Assembly (NCBI GenBank): GCA_963813535.1
Contig: CAWEZH010000003.1
Coordinates: 704,001 to 768,000 of the forward strand
Direction of reading: 5' to 3'
Length of the DNA stretch: 64,000 nt
Source of the DNA: an uncultured Chloroflexia bacterium
GTDB taxonomy: Bacteria > Chloroflexota > Limnocylindria > Limnocylindrales > CSP1-4
Notes under the pieces: generated by a model
Databases searched by the model: none
The model's input: only the letters and a program-made list of their open reading frames with translations
What the model was told of the DNA's origin: nothing
In this document: one piece after another, positions 50,614 to 59,439 of the stretch
How positions within the stretch are numbered: the stretch's first letter is position 1
How the letters are laid out: each line of letters begins with the position of its first letter
Position numbers and translations under genes: made by a program

Positions 50614-53600
50614 ATGGCGCCCATGCCCGACCGCCCCTCGCTCGGCTCCGTTGACACGGCGCGCGAGCGGTCGATATCGTTCGCGCCTCCCGAACCGCGT
50701 CAAGCATCGAGCCAATTCATCAGCCGTCATCCGGTTCCGGTCGGTCCGGGCCGCGCGGTCGAGGCGACCTCGTCCAGGAGTGCCCACCTGAGCGACGACG
50801 GTAGCGGTTATCCGATCCAGTTCGCGAAGGTGCAGCGTCCCGCACTCCGCGATGAGACGCTCGAGCGCCCCCGGCTCCTCGACTGGCTGCGCGCCAAGGT
50901 CCACGGGAGGGTCGTCCTGATCCTCGCCGACGCGGGTTACGGCAAGACGACCCTCCTCGCCGACTTTTCGCGCCGGACCCGGATGCGCACGCTCTGGTAC
51001 CGGCTCGATCCCGACGATCGCGACTGGGTCACGTTGCTTCACCACCTCGTCGCCGCCGGTCGGGAGCATGACCCGACCTTCGCTCCGGCGACCGCCGCGT
51101 GCCTCGCCGAGGTCGGAACGGCCGGAACGACACGCGAATTCGCGGTCTCGACCTTCGTCGGGGAGCTCCCGACCATCGCCTCGTCGGGAGCCGTGCTGAT
51201 CTTCGACGACTTCCACCTCGTCGACGACGCACCTGACGTGCGCTACATTGCGCGCGAGCTCGTGGCTCGTGCACCCGAGCGCCTCACGATCGCGTTCGCG
51301 AGCAGACGGGCACCGACGGTGCCGCTATCCAGGTTGCGAACCGTGGGTGACGTGGCCGAGCTCGGCACCGACGACCTGCGATTCGACGCCACCGAAACGG
51401 CGCAACTGTTCACCGAGACGTACGGCCGACAGCTGGATCCCGACGTCCTCGAGGACCTCGCCGCGCGGACGGAAGGGTGGATCGCGTCACTCCAACTCGT
51501 GCAGGCGGCACTCCGGGACCGCACGCCGGGCGAGATCCGTCGCTTCGTGCGAACCCTGAACGGAGCGGACCACGACCTCTACGACTACCTGGCAGAGGAG
51601 GTCGTCGGCGACCTCGACGACGAGCTCCAACGGTTCCTGATGGAGACGTCGATCCTCCAGGTCGTGACACCCGAGTTGGCTGAGGTCGTGTCGGGTCGCG
51701 ACGCGGTCGACGTCGCTCGGCTGACGACCGTGGCCGAGCGGCTCACCCTGCTTGGACGGCTGTCTGGCGCTCCGCGGACCCATCAGCGGTATCACCCCCT
51801 GGTCCGCGGCTTCCTCGAGGCAAGACTTCGGTCGACCGACGGTCCCGAGGCGGTCGCAGGGCTTCACCGTCGTGCTGCGGCAGCCGCGGCCGGGACGGAC
51901 TGGAAGGTGGCGGCCCACCACTACCGGGAGGCCGGCGACACCGAGGCGATGCTCGGCGTCGTGGCGGGCGCGATCCCGACGATCATGGGCAATGGACAAT
52001 ACGCCCTCGCCGAGGGCTTCATCGGCCCGATCTCGGCCGACCGCCGCCCGCTGGGCTTCGACCTGATCCTGAGCCGCGTCGACATGCAGCAGGGCGACTA
52101 CGAGGCGGCGATCGCTGCGAGCCAAGCGGTCCTCGACTCGGGCATCACCGACCCAGTCCAACGCGATCACGCACTGCTCAACCTACGTGACACTCGCCAC
52201 CAACTATGGCGACGGTGATCGAGCCATGGCCTTGGCAAAGGAGTTGAGCGCAACTGCTTCTGATCCGAACCTTCGGGCAATTGCAGACGTGTCAGCCCGC
52301 ATCCTGTCGGTCCAAACGGAGAGTGATCTGAGGCGGTTAACAGGCGGTTGAGAACGATGGCCCAGGCGCAACGTGAGACGAGATCGCATCACTTCGGGGT
52401 CACGATGCTCAATCTTGCGCTGAATTCCCTCGTGCAGGACCGCGTCTACGACTCTTTGGCAGAAGCGACTGAAGCCTTGGAGGCATTGGGTTCGACATCG
52501 GGCCTCGTCGAGCAGTCTGCCGCCCGAGTACTCCTCGCATCTATCTGCCTACGACTTGGGCGGCCATGAGGCGGCCGAGAAATACATCGACGAACTCGGA
52601 TATGGCGCGAAGACATACATTCCAAATGAGGCCTTCGCCGATGCGGCTGGCGCATGCGACTCGTACGGATCCCGACTGTTGGCCACGAGATGCCTCGGTC
52701 GAATCGGCGATTCCTCCATTCACACTCGTGCTGACAGGCGAAATCCTGGCAATCACGCGTGCCCGGATGGCCATTCGTAGCCGTGACGCCGCAGCCGCGG
52801 AGCATGAACTCGAGGGGTATCCGGACGGTGTCCCCACCACGGTCGGCGCCATCGCTGAACTTCAACAGGTGCGCGCCCACCTCGGATTGATCGCGCGGCG
52901 ATCCGAGAGCCGGGAGGTTGTTGGAAGAGGCGTCGTCGACGGCCATCGGCCAAGGCGCCACCGCGATGCGCCGCGTGTGTGACCTTCTCATCGCCGCAAG
53001 TCACGGAGCTGAGGAACTATCCAAAGCCTGTGTTGTCATTGGCCAGTCCACGCCGTGGCATCTGAGCTTTGTCGCGGAGGACATCGTCCCGTCCCTCGAG
53101 CAACTGACAGCGGAAGCGCGATTGGTAGTCGAAGGAGCCGCAAACCTACATCGTGAGCGGTGGCGGACCGCGCTGCGGCAAAGCCTTGACTTCGACATAT
53201 CGACCCAATATCGAGGCAGCGCGCTTGTTGGAGCAGGTGGGCGATCGCTCGGATATCTCGCGACTCCGAGGGATCGCGAGGTCGGCGAGAAGGCGGCCCG
53301 ATGCGGCAGGTCTTGGACGACAGTTGTCGCGGCGACTCGCTGACCGCGTGTATGTCGAGGACCAGGGTCGGATTGCGATCGAAATCGGGGGCCGCGCCGT
53401 CCTGGGTTCGACGGTTCGCCGCAAGGTTCTCGCGATGCTGTCGTACCTAATTACCCGCCCTGAACTCTCAGCCACTCGAGATCAAGTACTCGACGCCATG
53501 TGGCCGGAGCTCGACCCGGAGGTCGCGGTCAACTCTCTCAATCAGACGATCTATTTCCTGCGGAGGGTGCTGGAAGAGAATTACTCGGACGACTTGTCGC

Positions 53601-54059
53601 CAGGCTACGTTCACCACGACTCCGACGTGGTGTGGCTCGATGCTGAACTCGTCTCCAGCCGGAGCGTGGAATGCCGGCGAGCTAATTCGGGAGTTTCCGG
53701 CACGGCCGACTCCGGACGACGTGGAGCGGCTCACGCTCCTCTATCGCGGCCGCTTTGCGCTCGACTTCGAGTACGAGGAGTGGGCTGCCGCGTATCGCGA
53801 CAACCTCCACGCGACATACCTAGAGATAGTCGAGAGGTCCGTGCTGGATGACTTCAGATCGGGCCACTACGACCGAGGGATCACGATCGCGCGGCGAGCC
53901 CTCGAGGTCGACCCAAGCGCAGAGCAAATCGAGGCATGCCTGCTTCGTCTGTACCGCGTAACGGGAGCTCATGCGGCGGCCGCGGAGCAGTACGCCCACT
54001 ACGCAGCGGTGATGCGCGAAGAGGTCGGAGTTGAGCCTCCGCCGCTCGAGACCCTATAG
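50614..54059 (+). CDS. Large STAND (MalT-like ATPase)-TPR-wHTH-BTAD transcriptional regulator; several frameshifts in 52185-53680
   Basis: ERPRLL, AGYGKTT Walker A, LIFDDFH Walker B, RTEGW, YLAEEV, RYHPL; C-terminal pieces RRKVLAMLSYL...RDQVLDAMWP..., LYRGRF..DFEYEEWA, EVGVEPP. Confidence 0.8.
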
Positions 54060-54079
54060 GGGATAGGTAAGGTGCCGTA

Positions 54080-54109
54080 TTGACCGGTTTACTTAGCCAT
54101 CCCTACAGT
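54080..54109 (+). promoter_or_regulatory. Sigma70-type promoter for the riboswitch-peptide-HD-GYP operon
   Basis: TTGACC (54080-54085), 18 nt, TACAGT (54104-54109). Confidence 0.6.
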
Positions 54110-54153
54110 CCGGGCACTTGCTAGTACCCCAGTACTAGGAAGAAACGTCAAGA

Positions 54154-54227
54154 CGCTCGGACGCGGCGATGTCTCACCTGAAATGGGCACTTAGGGTGAG
54201 GCGGAGCGACTAGTGCAACCGACCGAC
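54154..54227 (+). ncRNA. c-di-GMP-II riboswitch aptamer
   Basis: CTCGGACGCGGCGATGTCTCACCTGAAATGGGCACTTAGGGTGAGGCGGAGCGACTAGTGCAACCGACCGA: conserved AAATGGGCACTT loop, GCACT/AGTGC pseudoknot, GA/GGAG kink-turn, TAGTGCAACCGACC 3' motif. Confidence 0.85.
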
Positions 54228-54246
54228 TTTCAGTCAGGTCGGTTTT
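54217..54246 (+). terminator. Terminator of the riboswitch expression platform
   Basis: AACCGACC-GACT-TTC-AGTC-A-GGTCGGTT-TT; 5' arm overlaps the aptamer 3' strand; short U tract. Confidence 0.6.
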
Positions 54247-54343
54247 CGTGTTCCCCAGAGCACGAAGGCCGCGAAGGAGGAACGCCCGTGGCTCCCGAGT
54301 CCGCCAAGGCCTGGTAGGCGAGTCCCAGCGATGAGGGACCGAA

Positions 54344-54421
54344 TTGGTGCGCATCCTCGTTGCGCTCTCGAGCGTGGCGATGATCGCCCTGGCTGGAGGG
54401 GCTTCTCTTAGAGGCTTCTAG
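54344..54421 (+). CDS. Small signal-peptide-like precursor (L/M)VRILVALSSVAMIALAGGASLRGF; true start probably ATG 54331 or GTG 54288 if indels are errors
   Basis: Open frame 54335-54421; basic residue, hydrophobic core, AGGA, aromatic C-terminus; AAGGAGG SD at 54274-54280; lies between riboswitch and HD-GYP gene. Confidence 0.7.
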   Translation: MVRILVALSSVAMIALAGGASLRGF

Positions 54422-54489
54422 TACTGATGGCCCATTACCTCACTCGCGGCGCTGGCCGTAGAGTGAGGAAAGAGGCCGATCAGGTAACG

Positions 54490-55896
54490 ATGCCCAAGTC
54501 CCTCAAGCTTTACGTCGCAGTTGTCGTGGTCATCGGCGCCTTGGCGCTGGTGGCCGCGACTTTCGTGTTCCCGCCGAAACCCGGCATCGCGATCGATCTG
54601 CCGGGTTCTACTGGCAGCCCGACGACGCCTGAATACGCGCTGGGCGTGCTGTATTGGATCGCGCTCACGCTAATCGGATCTGCATTTCCAGTTCAGCTTC
54701 CCCGGGGCACCCAACAGGCGGTCGGAATCGCCCCGATCATGGGGTCGCTGTTCCTCGGCGGACCCGCGGTGGCCGGCTGGGTGGCTGCGATCGGGACGAC
54801 AGAGCTTCGCGAACTCAGAGGTCGTATTCCCTGGTACGGGACCCTGGCAAATCATGCGGCGCTGGTGCTGCCGGCAATCGTCGCGGGCAGCGTTCGCGAA
54901 GGACTGCTTGTGCTCGGTGCGCGGCGTGGCGTGGGACTTCGCTGTCCGGAATGGTCGCCGCTTTTGTGTTTATCGCCGGGAACCTCGCGCTGGTCTCATC
55001 TGGCACTTGGCCTTCGGACCGGACAGTCACCGAGGGCCGTACTCCTTGGGGACATCCGCGGAATCACAGGCGGGGTTATTGCCCTTGCGCCTCTCTCCTG
55101 GCTAATGACTGTCGTCTATGCCGTCCAGTGGTGGGCCACCGCCCTGTTCGCCGTTCCCCTGTATTCGACCCGGCTGGCGTACGCGCGCTTCATCGAGATG
55201 CGCGAGATGTTCACCCAGACGATCGGTGCGCTCGCCGAGGCCGTCGACAAGCGCGACCCGTTCACGGCCAAGCACAGCCATCGGGTGAAGGAGATCGCGG
55301 TCGACATCGGCCGCGTGATGCACGTGACCGACGCGGAGCTGGAAGCGCTCGAGTGGGGCGGCCTGCTGCACGACGTCGGCAAGATCGGCGTCCCGGATCG
55401 CGTCCTGCTCAAGCAGGAGCGCCTGAACAAGGACGAGCGGATGATCATGAACGCGCACCCGGTCCTCGGTGCGCAGATCATCGCCCCGGTCACGAAGCTC
55501 GCTCCGGAGCTTCCGATCATCCGCCACCACCACGAGTGGTACAACGGCTCGGGCTATCCGGACCGCCTGATCGGCGACGAGATCCCCAAGCTCGCCCGCA
55601 TCCTCCACGTGGCCGACGCATTCGAGGCGATGACCGCCGCCCGCCCCTACCGGATGACCCCGCTGACGGCGGAGCAGGCGCTCGCCGAGCTGCGCAAGTT
55701 CGCCGGCATCCAGTTCGACCCGGTCGTGGTCGACGCCTTCGTCAACACCCACCACGTCGAGGGCGTCCAGGATCCGGGCCGCACCGTCCAGCCGCGGCCG
55801 ATCCCGCTCCTCGGCCAGGCTGCCGCCACCCGGCTGGCCGACCCACCCGCCACCGGCACGATGCCGTCCACCGCCAAGGCACCCGAGCAAGTCTGA
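54490..55896 (+). CDS. Membrane-sensor HD-GYP cyclic-dinucleotide phosphodiesterase
   Basis: About 6-7 N-terminal TMs (probable compensating frameshifts at 54920-55000); DPFTAKHSHRV, LLHDVGKIG, HHHEWYNGSGYP, ADAFEAMT..RPYR. Confidence 0.92.
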   Translation: MPKSLKLYVAVVVVIGALALVAATFVFPPKPGIAIDLPGSTGSPTTPEYALGVLYWIALTLIGSAFPVQLPRGTQQAVGIAPIMGSLFLGGPAVAGWVAAIGTTELRELRGRIPWYGTLANHAALVLPAIVAGSVREGLLVLGARRGVGLRCPEWSPLLCLSPGTSRWSHLALGLRTGQSPRAVLLGDIRGITGGVIALAPLSWLMTVVYAVQWWATALFAVPLYSTRLAYARFIEMREMFTQTIGALAEAVDKRDPFTAKHSHRVKEIAVDIGRVMHVTDAELEALEWGGLLHDVGKIGVPDRVLLKQERLNKDERMIMNAHPVLGAQIIAPVTKLAPELPIIRHHHEWYNGSGYPDRLIGDEIPKLARILHVADAFEAMTAARPYRMTPLTAEQALAELRKFAGIQFDPVVVDAFVNTHHVEGVQDPGRTVQPRPIPLLGQAAATRLADPPATGTMPSTAKAPEQV

Positions 55897-55929
55897 CGAA
55901 GCGGGAGCCCGCTCCAGCATCATGACGCG

Positions 55930-57957
55930 ATGCTGATCGGCGGGATCCTCCTCGGCCTGCTCCTCGGCCTTCTCGCCGGCGGAAGCCTCCGGAACCTCGC
56001 CGAGATCCGGCTCCGCTGGACCGGGCTGCTCGTCGCCGCCGTGGTCATCCGGTTCGCGACCGAAGCCGCGCTCGACGCCCAGATCGGTGCCGTCGAGGCG
56101 CTCCGGCTGCCGCTGCTCGCCAGCGCGTTCGGGATGCTGCTCGTCACGCTCTGGGTCAACCGGTCGTACCCGGGCCTGAGCCTGGCGTTCCTGGGCGTCC
56201 TGGCGAACGCGCTCGTGATCCTCGCGAACGGCGGGTACATGCCGATCTGGGCGCCGGCGCTTGCCGCCGCCGGTCTGACCGAGGCGGACGTCAACCGCGC
56301 GTTCCACACGATCGTCGACGCCGGAGCGTCCGACTTCCTCGGTCGATTGCTGATCCTCGGGGACGTCATCCCGGTGCCGGTCGACGTCATCCGAAACGTC
56401 TACTCGCTTGGCGACCTGTTCCTGACACTCGGCCTCGCATTCTTCCTGTTCGCCGGGGTCGTGCGCGTCCCGTCGGTCATCGAGGAGGAGGAAGACGCGG
56501 AGCTCCGGCGTCGCCTCGCCGCCGAGCAGGCGGGACAGGGGAGTCGATCGGGCCTCGCCCCGGGTCTGGAACGGACCGCGGCGCTCCAGCGGCCGACCGT
56601 GCTCGGCGCCGGCCGTCCGCGGCTGGCCGGACCGAGCGCCAACCCGGTCGCGGAGACGCCACCGCCGCGCGGCGCGATCGCGATCCCGGGGCTCACCCCG
56701 GATGTCCTCGCTCGCCTCCGACGCCATCCGTATGTCCGCCTCGCGCTCAACGGGTCGTTCAGCGCACTGTGGTCCGGCCAGCTGATCTCGTTGTTCGGCG
56801 ACCGGGTCCACCAGGTGGCGATCGCGGCGATCGTGTTCGTCCTGACCGACTCGCCGATCGCGGTCGCCCTGGTGTTCGTCGCGGCGACGCTCCCCAACCT
56901 GGTGTTCGGGCCGATCGCGGGGACCTTCGTCGATCGCTGGGACCACCGCGAGGTCCTGGTCGTGAGCGACATCCTGCGTGCCGCGGTCGTCTTCGTGATG
57001 CCGATCGTAGCCTCGCTGAACATCTGGCTGGTCTATCCGCTCGCGTTCCTCCTGACCACGATCTCGATCTTCTTCCGGCCCGCGCGGGTCGCGATCCTGC
57101 CCCGGCTCGTGCGGGAGGACGAGCTGCTCACCGCGAACTCGGCGCTCTGGATCGGGGAGACGTTGGTGGACGTCATCGGCTTCCCGCTGGCCGGGCTGTT
57201 CGTGGCGCTCGTCGCCGACGCAGTGTCGATCGCGTTCTGGTTCGACGGCGCAACCTACCTCGCCTCGGCGCTCCTGCTGAGCACGCTCATCCCGCGGCCG
57301 GTCCGTACCGAGGCTCCGACTGGTGCGACCGCCGGCGCGACGACGGGCGGGTTCCGTGCGGAACTCATGGAGGGCTGGCGGTTCCTGCGCAACGACGCCG
57401 TGCTGCTCGCGAATACGCTCCAGGCCGTGGTCGCCCAGCTCACGATCGGCGTCCTCTTCGGTCAGACGATCGTCTACGCGGAACGGGTGTTCGGGCCGCA
57501 GGGCTACAACGGGCTCGCCGTCTACGGCTTCATCGAGGGCAGCCAGGGCGCCGGCAACCTCATCGGCGGGTTCGTGATCGGTCTGGTCGGCGCCGGACTG
57601 GCGAAGGGCAAGTTGATCATCGCCGGCTACACGGTCTTCGGCCTGTTGACCACCGCGATGGCGCTGTCAGGCGACCTCGCCGTCGTCCTGGCCATGGCCT
57701 TCGGCATCGGCATCGCCAACATGGTCTTCATCATCCCGAGCCAGACGCTGTTCCAGGAGCGCACACCGGGCAATCTCATCGGCCGGGTCGTGAGCTTCCG
57801 GTTCTCGCTGGTGTCCGGCGCGATGACGCTGTCGATCGGGCTCGGCGGCGTGCTTTCCGAAGCCATCGGCGTGACAACGACCATCGCGGCGTTCGGCATC
57901 GTCACCGCGGTGGCCGGCATCGCCGGCTGGTTCGTGCCGGCAGTCCGCGAAGCGTGA
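55930..57957 (+). CDS. DUF5317-like membrane domain fused to an MFS_3-type exporter
   Basis: N-terminal GGSLRNL, LWVN, NALVILANGGYMP, H, LGDVIP, YSLGD; C-terminal LWSGQLISLFGD, GTFVDRWDHR, Q.RTP..LIGRV MFS motifs in one continuous frame. Confidence 0.82.
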   Translation: MLIGGILLGLLLGLLAGGSLRNLAEIRLRWTGLLVAAVVIRFATEAALDAQIGAVEALRLPLLASAFGMLLVTLWVNRSYPGLSLAFLGVLANALVILANGGYMPIWAPALAAAGLTEADVNRAFHTIVDAGASDFLGRLLILGDVIPVPVDVIRNVYSLGDLFLTLGLAFFLFAGVVRVPSVIEEEEDAELRRRLAAEQAGQGSRSGLAPGLERTAALQRPTVLGAGRPRLAGPSANPVAETPPPRGAIAIPGLTPDVLARLRRHPYVRLALNGSFSALWSGQLISLFGDRVHQVAIAAIVFVLTDSPIAVALVFVAATLPNLVFGPIAGTFVDRWDHREVLVVSDILRAAVVFVMPIVASLNIWLVYPLAFLLTTISIFFRPARVAILPRLVREDELLTANSALWIGETLVDVIGFPLAGLFVALVADAVSIAFWFDGATYLASALLLSTLIPRPVRTEAPTGATAGATTGGFRAELMEGWRFLRNDAVLLANTLQAVVAQLTIGVLFGQTIVYAERVFGPQGYNGLAVYGFIEGSQGAGNLIGGFVIGLVGAGLAKGKLIIAGYTVFGLLTTAMALSGDLAVVLAMAFGIGIANMVFIIPSQTLFQERTPGNLIGRVVSFRFSLVSGAMTLSIGLGGVLSEAIGVTTTIAAFGIVTAVAGIAGWFVPAVREA

Positions 57958-58039
57958 CCGGCTATCGGGTATCCTGTCGGCCGCCCCACGGCGCGCGATC
58001 CGACGGCGCGCGACCAGCTCCAGGAGCGATGACACTTCC

Positions 58040-58675
58040 GTGACCGAGCCCCGTGACCGCTCGCCCGACGAGCCGCTCGAGCCGACCGATGACGAGGCAC
58101 CCGAGGAGGCCGTCGCGGCCGACGCGCCCGACGATCGGGCGCCGAGCGACGCTAGCGACATCGACGCCGAAACGAGCGACGCCGACGTCGACAAGATCGA
58201 CGACGAGCTGCTCGACGATGCCGAGGCTGACGCCGAGAGCGACGCCATCGAGGTCGACGATTACGAAGCGGCCCTCCGTGAGGTCGCAGGCGAGGCGCCG
58301 CCGGTCGCCGACGCCCCACGGCCGTCGTCCACGAAGCGACGCGGCGAGACGAAGGCACCAGCTCGCGCACCGACACCGTCCGAGGTCGCGGTCCACATCC
58401 GGGAGGACGTCTCGAAGGTGTACGTCCTGGTCGCGGTCGGCGTCTTCGTGCTGATCCTGCTCAACGCCTTGCTCTTCGGAACGGGCGGGTTGCTGCGGCC
58501 GCTACCGACTCCGACACCGAGCGCCAGCGAGAGCCCCAGCGCCAGCCCGGGCGCATCGGCGTCCGGGAGCCCGGGCGCATCCCCGTCGGACAGCGCCGCA
58601 CCGTCGCCGAGCGCCGCCCCGTCGCCCAGCGCAGCACCGTCGCCCAGCGCCGCACCGTCGCCCAGCGCCTCGTAG
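58040..58675 (+). CDS. Acidic single-TM protein with Ser/Pro/Ala C-terminal repeats
   Basis: D/E-rich N-terminus, one TM, (AAPSPS)x4 tail. Confidence 0.75.
   Translation: MTEPRDRSPDEPLEPTDDEAPEEAVAADAPDDRAPSDASDIDAETSDADVDKIDDELLDDAEADAESDAIEVDDYEAALREVAGEAPPVADAPRPSSTKRRGETKAPARAPTPSEVAVHIREDVSKVYVLVAVGVFVLILLNALLFGTGGLLRPLPTPTPSASESPSASPGASASGSPGASPSDSAAPSPSAAPSPSAAPSPSAAPSPSAS
58592..58670 (+). repeat. 18-bp tandem repeat encoding SAAPSP
   Basis: AGCGCCGCACCGTCGCCG-like unit, four copies. Confidence 0.8.
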
Positions 58676-58718
58676 CGGGGCAATCCCCGGGCTGGCACCG
58701 GCGGCTACTCTCTGCCCC

Positions 58719-59402
58719 ATGGGCGCTGACGAGGATCGGCGGCGCATGGTCCAGGACCAGCTGCGGGATCGAGGCATCCGCGACGAGCGGGTGCTCACCG
58801 CGATGACCGACGTGCCCCGCGAGCAGTTCCTGGACGTGGGCCACCAGAACCGTGCGTACGCCGACGAGGCTGTGCCGATCGATGCCGGCCAGACGATCAG
58901 CCAGCCGTGGGTCGTCGCGCGGATGACCGAGCTCCTGGCGCCGCAGCCGGGCGAGCGCATCCTCGAGCTGGGCACGGGCTCCGGATATCAGGCTGCCATC
59001 CTCGCCGCGCTCGGCGCAGACGTGACGAGCCTGGAGCGACACGCCGTGCTGGCCTCGACGGCGCGCGACCGGATCGACCGGCTCGAGTTGCCGGGCACGG
59101 TCACGATCCGGACGACCGACGGCAGCCTCGGTGATCCGGCCGGCGGACCGTGGGACGGGATCATCGTCACGGCCGCCGCCCCGTCCATCCCGACGGAGCT
59201 GCGGGAGCAGCTGGCGGAGGGCGGTCGCCTCGTCATCCCGGTCGGGCCCCGCGACCATCAGGTCCTGACGCTCGTGGTCCGTCGGGGCGACGACTGGCGC
59301 GACACACCGCATGGCGCCGTCGTCTTCGTGCCCCTCATCGGCGAGGGCGGCTTCCCCGACGACGGACGGTCGGGACGCAACGGATTCCGTCGCTGGTTCT
59401 GA
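58719..59402 (+). CDS. pcm: Protein-L-isoaspartate O-methyltransferase
   Basis: GQTISQP, LELGTGSGYQAA, DGIIVTAAA, GGRLVIPVG, FVPLIG. Confidence 0.94.
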   Translation: MGADEDRRRMVQDQLRDRGIRDERVLTAMTDVPREQFLDVGHQNRAYADEAVPIDAGQTISQPWVVARMTELLAPQPGERILELGTGSGYQAAILAALGADVTSLERHAVLASTARDRIDRLELPGTVTIRTTDGSLGDPAGGPWDGIIVTAAAPSIPTELREQLAEGGRLVIPVGPRDHQVLTLVVRRGDDWRDTPHGAVVFVPLIGEGGFPDDGRSGRNGFRRWF

Positions 59403-59439
59403 GTCCGGGCGGGGTGACGCTCGGTATACTCGGCCGGCC

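Noticed and set aside
54288-54317. Nine-residue ORF MAPESAKAW as an independent peptide
   Set aside because: More simply explained as the frameshifted 5' end of the longer precursor; cannot be excluded without read data
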